DNA of 64,000 nt. Source: a virus. Taxonomy: Duplodnaviria; Caudoviricetes. Below the pieces are notes generated by a model. It made no database searches, was not told the origin of the DNA, and saw only the letters and a program-made list of their open reading frames with translations. The stretch is from IMG/VR virus record IMGVR_UViG_3300043177_000122, positions 160,001 through 224,000 of that record; one strand, given 5' to 3'. Below are positions 1 to 9,620 of the stretch, one piece after another (within the stretch, counting starts at the first letter, position 1; each line of letters begins with the position of its first letter). Both the position numbers and the translations under genes were made by a program.

Positions 1-2
1 CG

Positions 3-341
3 ATGAGGCCATTTATGTGGAAAGAAGTGAAATACTTTTTAATTTTTTCTGAGATTTCTAAAAAGTGGTTTGCTAGAAATAATAATTGGTTCAAAGAGTA
101 TCAGCCTCGCAATTTTAATAAGCTAGGAGATTTTTCTCGTACTTTAGATGAAAAATCTTACAATCCAATTGTACATAGAACTAAGGGCGCTGATATTAGT
201 GATCGTTATAATATAGTCGAATATGTTGGTTGTGGTTGCGGTGCGACCGTATGGGCATTTAATAATGTCTCAGTACAAAAACGAGCAGAAATTACAAACC
301 GAAAGGGCAGATATAAATACCCTCAGAAGTTTTTGTATTGA
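3..341 (+). CDS. hypothetical protein, probably the 3' part of a gene starting before the window
   Basis: 112-aa ORF at window edge; no recognised motif. Confidence 0.4.
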   Translation: MRPFMWKEVKYFLIFSEISKKWFARNNNWFKEYQPRNFNKLGDFSRTLDEKSYNPIVHRTKGADISDRYNIVEYVGCGCGATVWAFNNVSVQKRAEITNRKGRYKYPQKFLY

Positions 342-738
342 GTTTTGGAAGTCGCTGACGCACTTGTTCTTCAAGCGATAAAAAATCATCAGCCAACTCT
401 TCAAATAACTTCCATTCACGATTAATTAGCCTGTAGCATGAATAGTAAGATAGTCTAGCTACAGTATCATAATATTCTTTGCTTGCAAATTGGAGATGTT
501 GAGGGGCTAGCGTATTAGCGAAAAAAATCCAATCTCCCAAATTTTGGTAGCGTAAAAAATCTTGTTTGTCACGGGCTTGTGCAAACAACAAAGTGACACT
601 ATCTTTTGACAGGTCGAACTCGGCGCTTTTGTATTTTCCATAAATGCTAACAATGTAAGCTTTCGTATCACGTTGGCAATGCAGATCGTTTAGTAGTTCT
701 TCAAAAAAAATACTAATATTCTTATGAAAGACATCCAT
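292..738 (-). CDS. conserved-looking helical hypothetical protein
   Basis: 148-aa ORF divergent from topA; YQNLGDWIFF...YY...LFEELADDF pattern recalls a bacterial hypothetical family (from memory, unverified). Confidence 0.65.
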   Translation of the reverse strand: MDVFHKNISIFFEELLNDLHCQRDTKAYIVSIYGKYKSAEFDLSKDSVTLLFAQARDKQDFLRYQNLGDWIFFANTLAPQHLQFASKEYYDTVARLSYYSCYRLINREWKLFEELADDFLSLEEQVRQRLPKLNTKTSEGIYICPFGL

Positions 739-775
739 AAAGATGATACAAGAATATTGAAAGACTCGGTGATAA

Positions 776-2575
776 ATGAAGACATTAGTGATAGTAGAAT
801 CGCCAGCTAAGGCGGAAAAGATTCAAGGTTATTTAGGTAAGGACTTTATTGTTCTTGCTAGCAAGGGCCATATCACTGACCTTGCTAAAGGGGGCCGTTT
901 TGGTCTAGGCGTTGATGTTGATAATGATTTTCGACCACGTTATGTTCTTCAAGAAGACAAAATCGAAACCCTTGATATGCTACTCAAAGCGGCTAAAAAA
1001 TGCGACGCTATCTTGATTGCAAGCGACCCTGACCGTGAAGGGGAAGCAATTGCATGGCACCTTCAAGAGAGACTTAAAGACACCGGATTGCCAATCAAAA
1101 GGGTTGTCTTTAATGAAATTAAGAAAGATAAAATTCAGAAAGCTATCAAATCACCACGAGATGTGGATGTGAATCTATTTCACTCCCAAGAAGCCCGTCG
1201 CATTTTGGATCGTTTGGTAGGATTTATGGCCTCACCATTTTTAATGAACTATTTTGGCCCCAAACTATCTGCTGGCCGTGTTCAGTCAGTTGTTACTCGT
1301 ATGGTGATTGATCGTGAGCGTGAAATTGAAGCATTTGTGCCAGAGACTTTTTGGACAATTAGTGTGATGCTTGCACCAGCCACTAATGTAAAAGCCGGCT
1401 TCATGACTAAGTTCAATGGTCGTCCAACCAATGAGAAAGATGCAAAATCTATTAAGGATACTTTAAATGTAGATCCTTATATTGTTTCAGAAGTAATTTC
1501 TGATGAAGAGGCAAAATATCCACAACCACCATTGGTAACTTCTACACTACAAAGAATTATGTCCAAGGAGCATGGCTTTAGCGCAGATCGTACTATGAAA
1601 GCCGCTCAGTCTCTTTATGAGAATGGCTATTGTACATATATTCGTACCGACTCAGTTCGTGTTGGTGATGAAGCTCTGGAAGATGTTCGTAAGTGGATTC
1701 AAGATCATAAGTATGGTCTACCTAAGAAAGCTTATACTTACAAAAATAAAGATGCAGCACAGGATGCACACGAATGTATCCGACCGTCTGATCTTTCATT
1801 AGAGCCCAACAATAACTATGCTATGGTCGACCCAGATGAAAAGTTGGTTTATGAAACTATTTGGAAGTATTTTGTGGCCAGTCAAATGATGCCGGCAGTA
1901 TATGATACCATGAAAATAACCGCTCATATTAAAGGCGATCCAACTCATGAGGTAAAGGCTTCTGGTAAAGCGCTTAAGAGTAAAGGTTTCCTTGAAGTTC
2001 TTGGCGTTCAGGATGATTCCAAGATTGATATTCCATTACTGAAAGTAGGAGATATCTTACAGCGCTTTGGAAAGATTCCAGTTCAATTGGAAAAGAAGCA
2101 GACTCAACCACCTCCTCGTTATTCTGAAGATAAGCTTATCAAAGAGCTAGTTAATAAGAACATTGGTCGACCAGCCACTTATGCTGAGCTATTAAGCAAG
2201 ATTAGCTCTCGTAACTATGTTGAGAAGAAAGGTAATGTTTTCCATGCCACAGATTTAGGTAAAAAGATTACTGATGAGCTTCTACAGTTTTTCACTTTTA
2301 TGGATTATGATTATACCGCCAAAATGGAGCAACAGCTTGATGAGATTGAAAGTGGTAAAGTCAATCATACCGATATGTTGAAAAAGTTTTATCCTGAATT
2401 TAAGAAAGAATTGGACAAGGCATATGTAGGACACGGAGCCAATATGTGTCCAAAATGTGGCAGTTCGATGTCAATTCGTACGACAAAGACTGGTAAGTTT
2501 TGGGGATGCTCCGGATATCCCAAGTGTAAACACACTGTAAATATTGCGTCTTCGCCATCAACAAATGTTGCTTAA
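776..2575 (+). CDS. topA: DNA topoisomerase I (type IA) with one C-terminal zinc ribbon
   Basis: LVIVESPAKA Toprim start, DPDREGEAIAWH, SAGRVQS, active-site TYIRTD, C-terminal CPKCG...FWGCSGYPKC. Confidence 0.97.
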   Translation: MKTLVIVESPAKAEKIQGYLGKDFIVLASKGHITDLAKGGRFGLGVDVDNDFRPRYVLQEDKIETLDMLLKAAKKCDAILIASDPDREGEAIAWHLQERLKDTGLPIKRVVFNEIKKDKIQKAIKSPRDVDVNLFHSQEARRILDRLVGFMASPFLMNYFGPKLSAGRVQSVVTRMVIDREREIEAFVPETFWTISVMLAPATNVKAGFMTKFNGRPTNEKDAKSIKDTLNVDPYIVSEVISDEEAKYPQPPLVTSTLQRIMSKEHGFSADRTMKAAQSLYENGYCTYIRTDSVRVGDEALEDVRKWIQDHKYGLPKKAYTYKNKDAAQDAHECIRPSDLSLEPNNNYAMVDPDEKLVYETIWKYFVASQMMPAVYDTMKITAHIKGDPTHEVKASGKALKSKGFLEVLGVQDDSKIDIPLLKVGDILQRFGKIPVQLEKKQTQPPPRYSEDKLIKELVNKNIGRPATYAELLSKISSRNYVEKKGNVFHATDLGKKITDELLQFFTFMDYDYTAKMEQQLDEIESGKVNHTDMLKKFYPEFKKELDKAYVGHGANMCPKCGSSMSIRTTKTGKFWGCSGYPKCKHTVNIASSPSTNVA

Positions 2576-2599
2576 AGAAAGAACGAGTACCTTGTTAAA

Positions 2600-3904
2600 A
2601 TGATAACTAAAGAACAATATCTAACTCCAGAGGTTTTGGAGAAACAGGAGCACCTTTCGCCTGAGAGATTGGCGAAACTTGCTCCTACCAATAGGGTAGT
2701 TCCAGATCAGAAAAGACCGCCAGCAAATTTCATTGATTTAATGAATTGGACAACTGAACAATTCAAGACTGCCCTCAAAGATCAAGTTGGTTTAGAGAAA
2801 TTTGTACATAACCGCATTATTGTTGATGGGCAATTCCTTCAGTTTGCTGAAGAGAATAATGTTACTATCGAATGCTTGTATAAAGATTCTTCTATCTCTT
2901 GGACTACTGAACATGATTATGAAAAGTTTTTTATGCAAGGAGTTTTCTATATTAAGGCTAGAGGGTTAGAATTTTTGCACGCCGCTTTGTTTCATAAAGG
3001 AAATCAACAAGAAGATGAAGTTAGCTTCTTTGTAGTTGTTTCAAAAAACAACTATGAAGCTTATGTTAAGTTTCGCAATCAGTTTGATGACTGGGTACAA
3101 GAACGCGATCGTAGCAACTTACATATTCGCGTAATTGAAGGCGATGACATTCCTTATACCAAAGATCATTCTTGGGAAGATTTGTTTTTACCAGAAACTA
3201 TTAAAGTTGAAATTAGGGGGTTAGTAGAGAGTTTCTTGTCTTCCAAGGAATTTTATCTAAAGAACAAAATTCCTTGGAAACGAGGAATTTTGTTATATGG
3301 TAAACCTGGTAATGGAAAAACATCAATTATTCGCACTGTTATCTCTCAATATAATTTCAAACCAGTTACTATTGTAGCTGGAGCAAATGATGATGCAGTA
3401 CGAGAAGCATTCTCTTATGCGGAGGAGCAAAGCCCTTCGCTGCTTTATTTTGAAGACTTAGACTCTCTTCTTGCAAAGAGTGTTGATATCTCATCCTTCC
3501 TTAATTTAATGGATGGTATTTCAGCAAAGAATGGGTTGTTAATTATTGCTACCGCAAATGAGGTAAAAAAATTAGCACCCAACATTACTGATAGGCCATC
3601 TAGGTTTGATAGAAAATTCGAGATACCACTTCCAAATGCAGAAATGGCTTATATATATCTTAAAAGATGGTTCGGTAATCTCATTACAGTAAAACAATGT
3701 AGAGAGCTTGCCAAATATGCTACTAAATACGAGTTTTCTTATGCTTACTTAAAGGAATTGTATATATCTTCTATGTTTGAAGCTCTTGCGAATAATCGTA
3801 AAAGTCCAACTGAAAAGGATATTCAAAAAGCCTTTAACCGAACAGTTAAAGACAAAAATGCTTTAAGTGGCGGTTCTGTTAATCTTGATAAGTACATTAA
3901 GTGA
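2600..3904 (+). CDS. AAA+ ATPase (BCS1/FtsH-like AAA clade), no transmembrane or protease domain
   Basis: WKRGILLYGKPGNGKT Walker A, LLYFEDLD Walker B, LNLMDG, IATAN sensor 1, RPSRFD arginine finger. Confidence 0.9.
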   Translation: MITKEQYLTPEVLEKQEHLSPERLAKLAPTNRVVPDQKRPPANFIDLMNWTTEQFKTALKDQVGLEKFVHNRIIVDGQFLQFAEENNVTIECLYKDSSISWTTEHDYEKFFMQGVFYIKARGLEFLHAALFHKGNQQEDEVSFFVVVSKNNYEAYVKFRNQFDDWVQERDRSNLHIRVIEGDDIPYTKDHSWEDLFLPETIKVEIRGLVESFLSSKEFYLKNKIPWKRGILLYGKPGNGKTSIIRTVISQYNFKPVTIVAGANDDAVREAFSYAEEQSPSLLYFEDLDSLLAKSVDISSFLNLMDGISAKNGLLIIATANEVKKLAPNITDRPSRFDRKFEIPLPNAEMAYIYLKRWFGNLITVKQCRELAKYATKYEFSYAYLKELYISSMFEALANNRKSPTEKDIQKAFNRTVKDKNALSGGSVNLDKYIK

Positions 3905-3928
3905 TAAGGTTAAAACGGGTCATTACAA

Positions 3929-4303
3929 ATGAAAGACCATAATAGAAAAGGTAAGAGGTTCTCTAAAAAGGCACCGAGGGGAGGTGAATCGCAGCCAGTC
4001 GCAGTCAACGACAAATTCGCACATATTGAAGCAGTGCAAGCCCAACCCCTCGAAGTTAAAGTGTATGGGAACAATTTCGATAAAGCTTTGAGAGCTTTTC
4101 GAGCCCTCGTTCAAAAAGAACGTATTCTCTCGTCATATAAAGAGAAGCAATCGTACGAGAAGCCATCTGACAAACGTAGGAGAAAGCGTAACGAATCCAA
4201 AAGGAAACAACTTGAACTTTGTAGCAAAGGTGACTGTAGACACTCAGGCCATGCTAAAAACCGCAAGGAAAGAAAGTTCAAGAGAGGCTCTTCTCCAGAA
4301 TAA
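3929..4303 (+). CDS. rpsU: ribosomal protein bS21 homolog with N- and C-terminal extensions
   Basis: Core LEVKVYGNNFDKALRAFRALVQKERIL...KQSYEKPSDKRRRKR matches the bS21 pattern (V-x-V...ALRxF...YEKPS..R). Confidence 0.85.
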   Translation: MKDHNRKGKRFSKKAPRGGESQPVAVNDKFAHIEAVQAQPLEVKVYGNNFDKALRAFRALVQKERILSSYKEKQSYEKPSDKRRRKRNESKRKQLELCSKGDCRHSGHAKNRKERKFKRGSSPE

Positions 4304-4315
4304 TCTGGAAACAAC

Positions 4316-5032
4316 ATGTCTGATACTGACGGTAAAATTAAACTAATCAAAAACCCTGATAGAAATAAACCTACGGCATATAAACCATATGTGCCGCAGT
4401 ATCAGGTACATGGTAAAGAACCTCAAGAATATCAAGGCGGTGCAGTGGCGCCTGGTCATCAAATGACTAGGCCCACTTCTCTGCCAAGTGATAATCCAAG
4501 ATCTAAAAGAGTGCCACTTCGTCAACCATATGCTGAGGTAGCTCCCTCACCTATTGGAAGGGGGCCGGTTCCAAATGTAGGAAATAATATGGAACATACA
4601 TGGTCTAGTGTAGATGGTGAAATTATTGATGATTTATCCAATCCGGAGTTTGACCCTAATCAACAAATGATTGATAATAATGATTTCGTGACTGAAACAG
4701 CTTTAGGATATCAAAGTGGACCAACAGCGGCAGATATTTTTCCACACTATCAAGCCTACGCTCCACAAGCTATTGAGCAGGAAATTGAAGCTATCCATCA
4801 GCCGGCCGATCCAGATGATTTGCTGCCCGTTCTAACCAGTTTAGATGATGAGTCTTATTTGTTAATTGTAGCTGGGGTGCCAGTTTGTTCTGGTCCTAAG
4901 ACCGAAATTGAAGACCAAGCTAGAGCTTTAGTATTTGGTGAGCACGAATTAAGCGACGGAAATCCTGTGCCAATTGATGATATAATTATTCTTAAGAGAG
5001 TCAAGGTAAAAGTTGGTTTATTCTTAGAATAA
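4316..5032 (+). CDS. hypothetical Pro/acidic-rich protein
   Basis: 238-aa ORF, tightly spaced in operon. Confidence 0.75.
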   Translation: MSDTDGKIKLIKNPDRNKPTAYKPYVPQYQVHGKEPQEYQGGAVAPGHQMTRPTSLPSDNPRSKRVPLRQPYAEVAPSPIGRGPVPNVGNNMEHTWSSVDGEIIDDLSNPEFDPNQQMIDNNDFVTETALGYQSGPTAADIFPHYQAYAPQAIEQEIEAIHQPADPDDLLPVLTSLDDESYLLIVAGVPVCSGPKTEIEDQARALVFGEHELSDGNPVPIDDIIILKRVKVKVGLFLE

Positions 5033-5039
5033 AGGTATC

Positions 5040-5855
5040 ATGGGACAAGAACCAAGAAAAGCTACTGATGTATTATTAGATTTAGAATCTAAAGTAGGTA
5101 TGTTATTAGACATCATACGTGCTCAAGATTTAAACATCAAAGTATTATCTAATAAATTAAATGATGTAATTGGGCGCTTAGATAAACAGCAAGCTGGTCC
5201 ACCTAAGATTGTTGTAGAAGCAATGCAGACTCCTGTACGGCAGGCATCTGTTGTTCCACCAGGGTTTACTCAAATTCCGGCTGGCGATCCAGAGAAGAAT
5301 ATTCCAATAGCTGCCGAATCTAAACTAATACAAACGGAAATGCCAAATGGCTTCCGCCGTAGTTCACGACCAGAAACTTATGCTGGTGATAATGTCTATT
5401 TACCTCATCCCGAAAATGAAATGAAGTTGCCAGTGCAGCTTCCAAAGCAAACACCTCGTCAACAAGCAATGACTCCGCCTCCTGGTCGCTCTGAAGCTAT
5501 AGTACCGCCCGAAGCAACTAAGAATACAAAAATAGCTCCTCCGCCAGCGCCCGATGAACCTTTACCTCAAGTTTCAACTGGTCAAATTCCAGTTCAACAA
5601 CGCTGTGTTGACAAGAATGGCAAATCTATTTTCTTGGCTCCCGTTGAAATTGTAGATGCAACAACTGGATTGCCAGTTTTTAAAACAAGAACAAATGGAA
5701 CTGGTAAATGGATGGCTGCACTTGGTATAGGTGTGTATCGAGTAACGATCACCAAGCAAGCTAATATAAGTAAAGAAAAGCTTGAAGCGGTACAAAACAT
5801 TCAAGTGGATGGCACCCAATCACCACTCGAATTACCGATGATCATCATCAAGTGA
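5040..5855 (+). CDS. hypothetical protein: N-terminal coiled coil, Pro-rich linker, C-terminal beta-sandwich (carboxypeptidase-regulatory-like)
   Basis: 271-aa ORF; C-terminal KTRTNGTGKW...GVYRVTITK pattern. Confidence 0.65.
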   Translation: MGQEPRKATDVLLDLESKVGMLLDIIRAQDLNIKVLSNKLNDVIGRLDKQQAGPPKIVVEAMQTPVRQASVVPPGFTQIPAGDPEKNIPIAAESKLIQTEMPNGFRRSSRPETYAGDNVYLPHPENEMKLPVQLPKQTPRQQAMTPPPGRSEAIVPPEATKNTKIAPPPAPDEPLPQVSTGQIPVQQRCVDKNGKSIFLAPVEIVDATTGLPVFKTRTNGTGKWMAALGIGVYRVTITKQANISKEKLEAVQNIQVDGTQSPLELPMIIIK

Positions 5856-5863
5856 GTGCAACA

Positions 5864-6094
5864 ATGTCTGTAAAAATTTCTACTGAAAGGGCTGAGCAAT
5901 TATTCTAAGCTGAACTAAAAATGAAGCTTATGAAATCTTTGCTTGAAGCAATGGACTCCGGCACATGGTCTATGTCAGAAAATAGACCAGATTTAGATAT
6001 TCATACTGGACATATTGGTGATACAGATATTGAGATTACGTTTAATCATCCAGAATTTGGAGAGATAAAAATTAGCGGTAAGAATTTCGTTTAA
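5864..6094 (+). pseudogene. 77-codon reading frame broken by one in-frame TAA (5906-5908)
   Basis: MSVKISTERAEQLF*AELKMKLMKSLLEAMDSG...GKNFV* fills the gap exactly in one frame. Confidence 0.55.
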
Positions 6095-6124
6095 CCCACC
6101 TTGGCATAATTTGCCGTGTAGGGT

Positions 6125-6658
6125 ATGCCAGATTACAAAAATTATAACGAAGATCGCACCAAGAAGCTTTGTTTTGCTTGTAAAGATATGCTTGACATCG
6201 AATTGTTTCGAATGAAAGAAAAGAAACGGGGTCGAGGTAAAGGTAAATATCGAAACAGTGTTTGCAAGAAATGCGAACAACGACAAGTCGAAGAATATAG
6301 AACAACTGATATTGGTATAGCAGCCGAGATTGCTCGTCGACATAAGCATGTTTGTAAAGTTGATTCATTACCATATGATTTGGATAAATATTGGATTTTA
6401 GAAAAACTTAACTCGATAAGTTGGAAATGTGAGCTAACAGGGCTGCCCTTTAACTTAAAAAGAAATATCAATGACAAACGACAGGGGTTTCAGTGGGACT
6501 CTGTGTCAGTTGATAGATTAAATCCTAAAGGCGGCTACACCAAAGATAACATAAGGTTCGTTATAAATCAGGTTAATGTCTTTAGGCAAAACCACCCTGA
6601 CGAACAGATGTATATGGTGGCTAAGGCACTGTTAGATTACAGGAGCAAAAGTGAGTAA
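6125..6658 (+). CDS. HNH-like (phage homing-endonuclease-type) protein
   Basis: N-terminal CxxC pairs; CELTG...SVSVDRLNPKGGYTKDNIRFV...N matches the SxDRI...GYxxxN motif of phage HNH-fold nucleases. Confidence 0.7.
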   Translation: MPDYKNYNEDRTKKLCFACKDMLDIELFRMKEKKRGRGKGKYRNSVCKKCEQRQVEEYRTTDIGIAAEIARRHKHVCKVDSLPYDLDKYWILEKLNSISWKCELTGLPFNLKRNINDKRQGFQWDSVSVDRLNPKGGYTKDNIRFVINQVNVFRQNHPDEQMYMVAKALLDYRSKSE

Positions 6659-7352
6659 GAAAAAATTCAGTGTGATTGTTGCCGATTGTCCATGGCCTTT
6701 CAAAGATTCTTTAAAAATGTCCGATGTCAAGCGTGGTGCCCAGGCTAACTACGACACCATGACAATGCAACAAATTCGTGAGATGCCCGTAACTGAGGCT
6801 TGCGATCCAGATGGGGCAGTCTTATGTTTATGGGTGCCCGGCTCATTGCTTCAGGATGGTCTCGACACTATGAAAGCGTGGGGGTTTGACCACAAACAAA
6901 CTTATGTATGGGTCAAAATCAAGAAGCACAGATTTCAGAGATTTACCAAGTGGATAAAGAAAAGTGTACTAAGACACCCACAAATTGCCTATGAGAGATT
7001 TGCTTGTGTAAGGGCAATTAATGCCATCATAGATAATTTACCTAATGTAAATTTTAATGAAGAATTAGCATTTGGAATGGGGCATTTATTTAGACAGACC
7101 CACGAGATTTGTTTAATTGGTACACGCGGGAAAATACTTAAGCAATTAGCTAACAAGTCACAGCGCTCTGTAAGCTTTGCTGAAAATTTGAGGCATTCGG
7201 CCAAACCGGATGACTTACAAGAATCTTTGGAAACTATGTTTCCAAAAGCTCGGAAACTAGAATTGTTCGCCAGAAGACTCCGACCTGGTTGGACTTGTCT
7301 AGGGAACGAGATTGATGGTAAGGACATATATGATGCTCTTGCCGAACTATAA
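6651..7352 (+). CDS. MT-A70 family adenine methyltransferase
   Basis: FSVIVADCPW (DPPW-type motif IV), LCLWV, WGF...TYVWVK, GMGHLFRQTHEICLIGTRG, HSAKP, LELFARR..PGW...GNE. Confidence 0.88.
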   Translation: MSKKKFSVIVADCPWPFKDSLKMSDVKRGAQANYDTMTMQQIREMPVTEACDPDGAVLCLWVPGSLLQDGLDTMKAWGFDHKQTYVWVKIKKHRFQRFTKWIKKSVLRHPQIAYERFACVRAINAIIDNLPNVNFNEELAFGMGHLFRQTHEICLIGTRGKILKQLANKSQRSVSFAENLRHSAKPDDLQESLETMFPKARKLELFARRLRPGWTCLGNEIDGKDIYDALAEL

Positions 7353-7367
7353 ACGGAGAATAGAACA

Positions 7368-7877
7368 ATGCCGAAGAAAACGCTATTATTGAATGCTAGT
7401 TATGAGGTGCTTTCTTTTATTCCAGAAAGGAAAGTTTTCAAGTTACTTTTCAAAGACAAGGTTGAAGTCGTCTCTAACTGGGATGAATTCATTACTTGGG
7501 GCAATGGAAAGATTAAGCACCCTTCTATCTTGAGATTGAAGACTCACGTAAAACGAAATTATTTCAACTCAAACTTCAGTCGTAAAGCTTTAGTTAAAAG
7601 AGATAGAAGCACTTGTCAGTACTGCGGTAAGAAGCTTACAGCTTCTCAAATTACAATCGACCACGTATTACCTAGAGCACAAGGCGGCATTACTTCCTTC
7701 GTGAACTGTGTAGTTTCATGCCAGATTTGTAACAATGCGAAGGCTGACAAAACGCCTGAACAAGTAAATATGAAGCTTCTTAAGAAGCCAACTCACCCAT
7801 CTTTCTCTGCACATTACTATGTCGCAGATCCTCAGGAATACTGGCATAAGGATTGGGATGACTTTTTGCGAGGCTAA
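7368..7877 (+). CDS. HNH endonuclease (McrA-like)
   Basis: LLLNASYEVL start, RDRSTCQYCG, TIDHVLPRAQGG...NCVVSCQICNNAK. Confidence 0.92.
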   Translation: MPKKTLLLNASYEVLSFIPERKVFKLLFKDKVEVVSNWDEFITWGNGKIKHPSILRLKTHVKRNYFNSNFSRKALVKRDRSTCQYCGKKLTASQITIDHVLPRAQGGITSFVNCVVSCQICNNAKADKTPEQVNMKLLKKPTHPSFSAHYYVADPQEYWHKDWDDFLRG

Positions 7878-7892
7878 AATCTGAGTTCCGTA

Positions 7893-7922
7893 AATGGGGA
7901 TAATCAAAATATTATCCCCATT
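7893..7922 (+). terminator. perfect 12-bp hairpin after the HNH gene (terminator or operator)
   Basis: AATGGGGATAAT-caaaat-ATTATCCCCATT; only a short T tract follows. Confidence 0.55.
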
Positions 7923-7978
7923 CTTCGGCCAATAATATGGAATACCTATATACTTTTCCATGATATATAGGAAGCACC

Positions 7979-8233
7979 ATGACCCAGGTAACATCTTGCA
8001 ACTGCATTGTTTGTGCAAAAGAATTTGATCCAGACGAGCTACAGAGCGTAGCTTTGTCTAAAATCAATGTTACTCGTTTCAAGATTTGCCAATCTTGTTT
8101 GGGTCATTGTGATCCTGCTGAAGATTATCGCCAAGCTCGCGAAATTATTAGTTCTTATTTGTGGTTTGCTGAGGCTAAAGGTTTATTCAAAGAAGCCTCT
8201 GATATCTTAGAGGATATTTCTAAGAAGAAATAA
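7979..8233 (+). CDS. small Cys-rich (putative zinc-binding) protein
   Basis: CNCIVC and CQSC pairs; GGAAG upstream. Confidence 0.7.
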   Translation: MTQVTSCNCIVCAKEFDPDELQSVALSKINVTRFKICQSCLGHCDPAEDYRQAREIISSYLWFAEAKGLFKEASDILEDISKKK

Positions 8234-8235
8234 TA

Positions 8236-8388
8236 TCACAATTCAATGATGATAACTCGTGGAGATTCTTCTTTATCATCTTTTTCTTGGCGTACTGGCG
8301 GCGGCTCTAATTCAACATAGAGGGGTTGTAGCTCTTCATCGTTCTTCTTTTTTTCGATTTTGTGGATAAAAGGGAAGAATGCGTCCAT
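8236..8388 (-). CDS. small hypothetical protein
   Basis: MDAFFPFIHK...RVIIIEL; GAGGT upstream of the ATG at 8388. Confidence 0.6.
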   Translation of the reverse strand: MDAFFPFIHKIEKKKNDEELQPLYVELEPPPVRQEKDDKEESPRVIIIEL

Positions 8389-8425
8389 AGTAACCTCTAG
8401 TCTGTGTATATGACGGAATATTAGT

Positions 8426-8626
8426 ATGATGTGCTCATCCTGCTCCAAGCTAGCTTTACTGTATGTTAGTAATAAGCAATGTATGCGTTGTCAAGGCGCA
8501 GTCGTTGTCAATATGGCTGTAATTTGTGAAGTTTGTTCCGCTACTGATAAAATTTGTACCGTTTGTTTGAAAAAACTAACTCCATTACAACCTAAACCTG
8601 GCGGTTGTAACTGTGGTAAAAAATGA
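8426..8626 (+). CDS. small Cys-rich zinc-finger-like protein
   Basis: Four CxxC pairs plus CNC in 66 aa. Confidence 0.65.
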   Translation: MMCSSCSKLALLYVSNKQCMRCQGAVVVNMAVICEVCSATDKICTVCLKKLTPLQPKPGGCNCGKK

Positions 8627-8654
8627 TTACGATCCTTGGGGACATAGGTAAAGC

Positions 8655-9182
8655 ATGATAATCACAAATAATGAAGCTGCGCTACGTGTATTTTGCGAAC
8701 CTGTTACCATGGAAGAGGTGGGTTCACTAATAGAAACTTTAGAAAAAGAGCTAGACTATGCTAATCGTTTAGGAAAAAATGGTATTGGTTTAGCTGCTCC
8801 ACAGATAGGTATCGCTAAAGATATTGCTATTGTACGATTACCAAAGATGAATTTCAATCTAGTAAATGCTAAATTGGTTCAAGGATATGACCCTGCTGTT
8901 TTTACAGATGAAGGGTGTTTGTCTTTTCCGGGTCGATTAGAGACTACTACGAGATTTCAAGAAGTACACATTACTAACAATTTGACTGAGCCACATAGTT
9001 TTATTGCTACTGGATTTGTAGCTGTTGTATGTCAACATGAATTAGATCATTTGAATTCAACTTTGTTTATGGATCGTAGTATTCCAAAACCAGTTCCAAT
9101 TGTAAATAAGGTTAAAATTGGGCCAAACCAACCATGCATTTGTGGTTCTGGTAAGAAATATAAGAAATGTTGTGGCAGATGA
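8655..9182 (+). CDS. def: peptide deformylase with C-terminal SEC-C motif
   Basis: GIGLAAPQIG, EGCLS, QHELDH motifs; C-terminal KIGPNQPCICGSGKKYKKCC. Confidence 0.95.
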   Translation: MIITNNEAALRVFCEPVTMEEVGSLIETLEKELDYANRLGKNGIGLAAPQIGIAKDIAIVRLPKMNFNLVNAKLVQGYDPAVFTDEGCLSFPGRLETTTRFQEVHITNNLTEPHSFIATGFVAVVCQHELDHLNSTLFMDRSIPKPVPIVNKVKIGPNQPCICGSGKKYKKCCGR

Positions 9183-9364
9183 AGTGTCCAAAATGCAACA
9201 GTTCAGATACCAAAAAAGTTTATGTTAGTGATCCTGAATGGCATATAGGTCATCAACGCTGCCAAAATCCACTTTGCAAATATCAGGGCGATTGGTTAGA
9301 ATTCTGTGACCTTCCTATTGTGTTTAAACAGGTTATAATAGATATAGGAGATAACAATGACTGA
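9179..9364 (+). CDS. small zinc-ribbon protein
   Basis: MKCPKC...CQNPLC; ATGA overlap with def. Confidence 0.6.
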   Translation: MKCPKCNSSDTKKVYVSDPEWHIGHQRCQNPLCKYQGDWLEFCDLPIVFKQVIIDIGDNND

Positions 9365-9620
9365 CAAAAAAGATGACAGAATAGAATTAAATACTGATAT
9401 TTTAGTGGCTGATGTGATGCTGAGAATAACTGCTTTAGAAAAACTTTTAATTGAAAAGGGAGTTTTTACGCAAGCAGAACTATCTGCTATAACTGATGAA
9501 ATAGCTAAAAAAGTAGCCAAAGTAGTTTTGGAAAAAGCAAAAGTTTCTAAAAATATAGAAGAATTCGTTGCGACACTAGAAAAGTCTGATAGTTCAGATA
9601 AGAAAGATTTTGATAATTAA
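9357..9620 (+). CDS. hypothetical helical protein
   Basis: 87-aa ORF, GGAG RBS. Confidence 0.75.
   Translation: MTDKKDDRIELNTDILVADVMLRITALEKLLIEKGVFTQAELSAITDEIAKKVAKVVLEKAKVSKNIEEFVATLEKSDSSDKKDFDN

Noticed and set aside
5864-6094. Stop-codon reassignment suggested by the in-frame TAA
   Set aside because: Single case; TAA, TGA and TAG do not interrupt any long conserved gene and TAA/TGA end genes normally.
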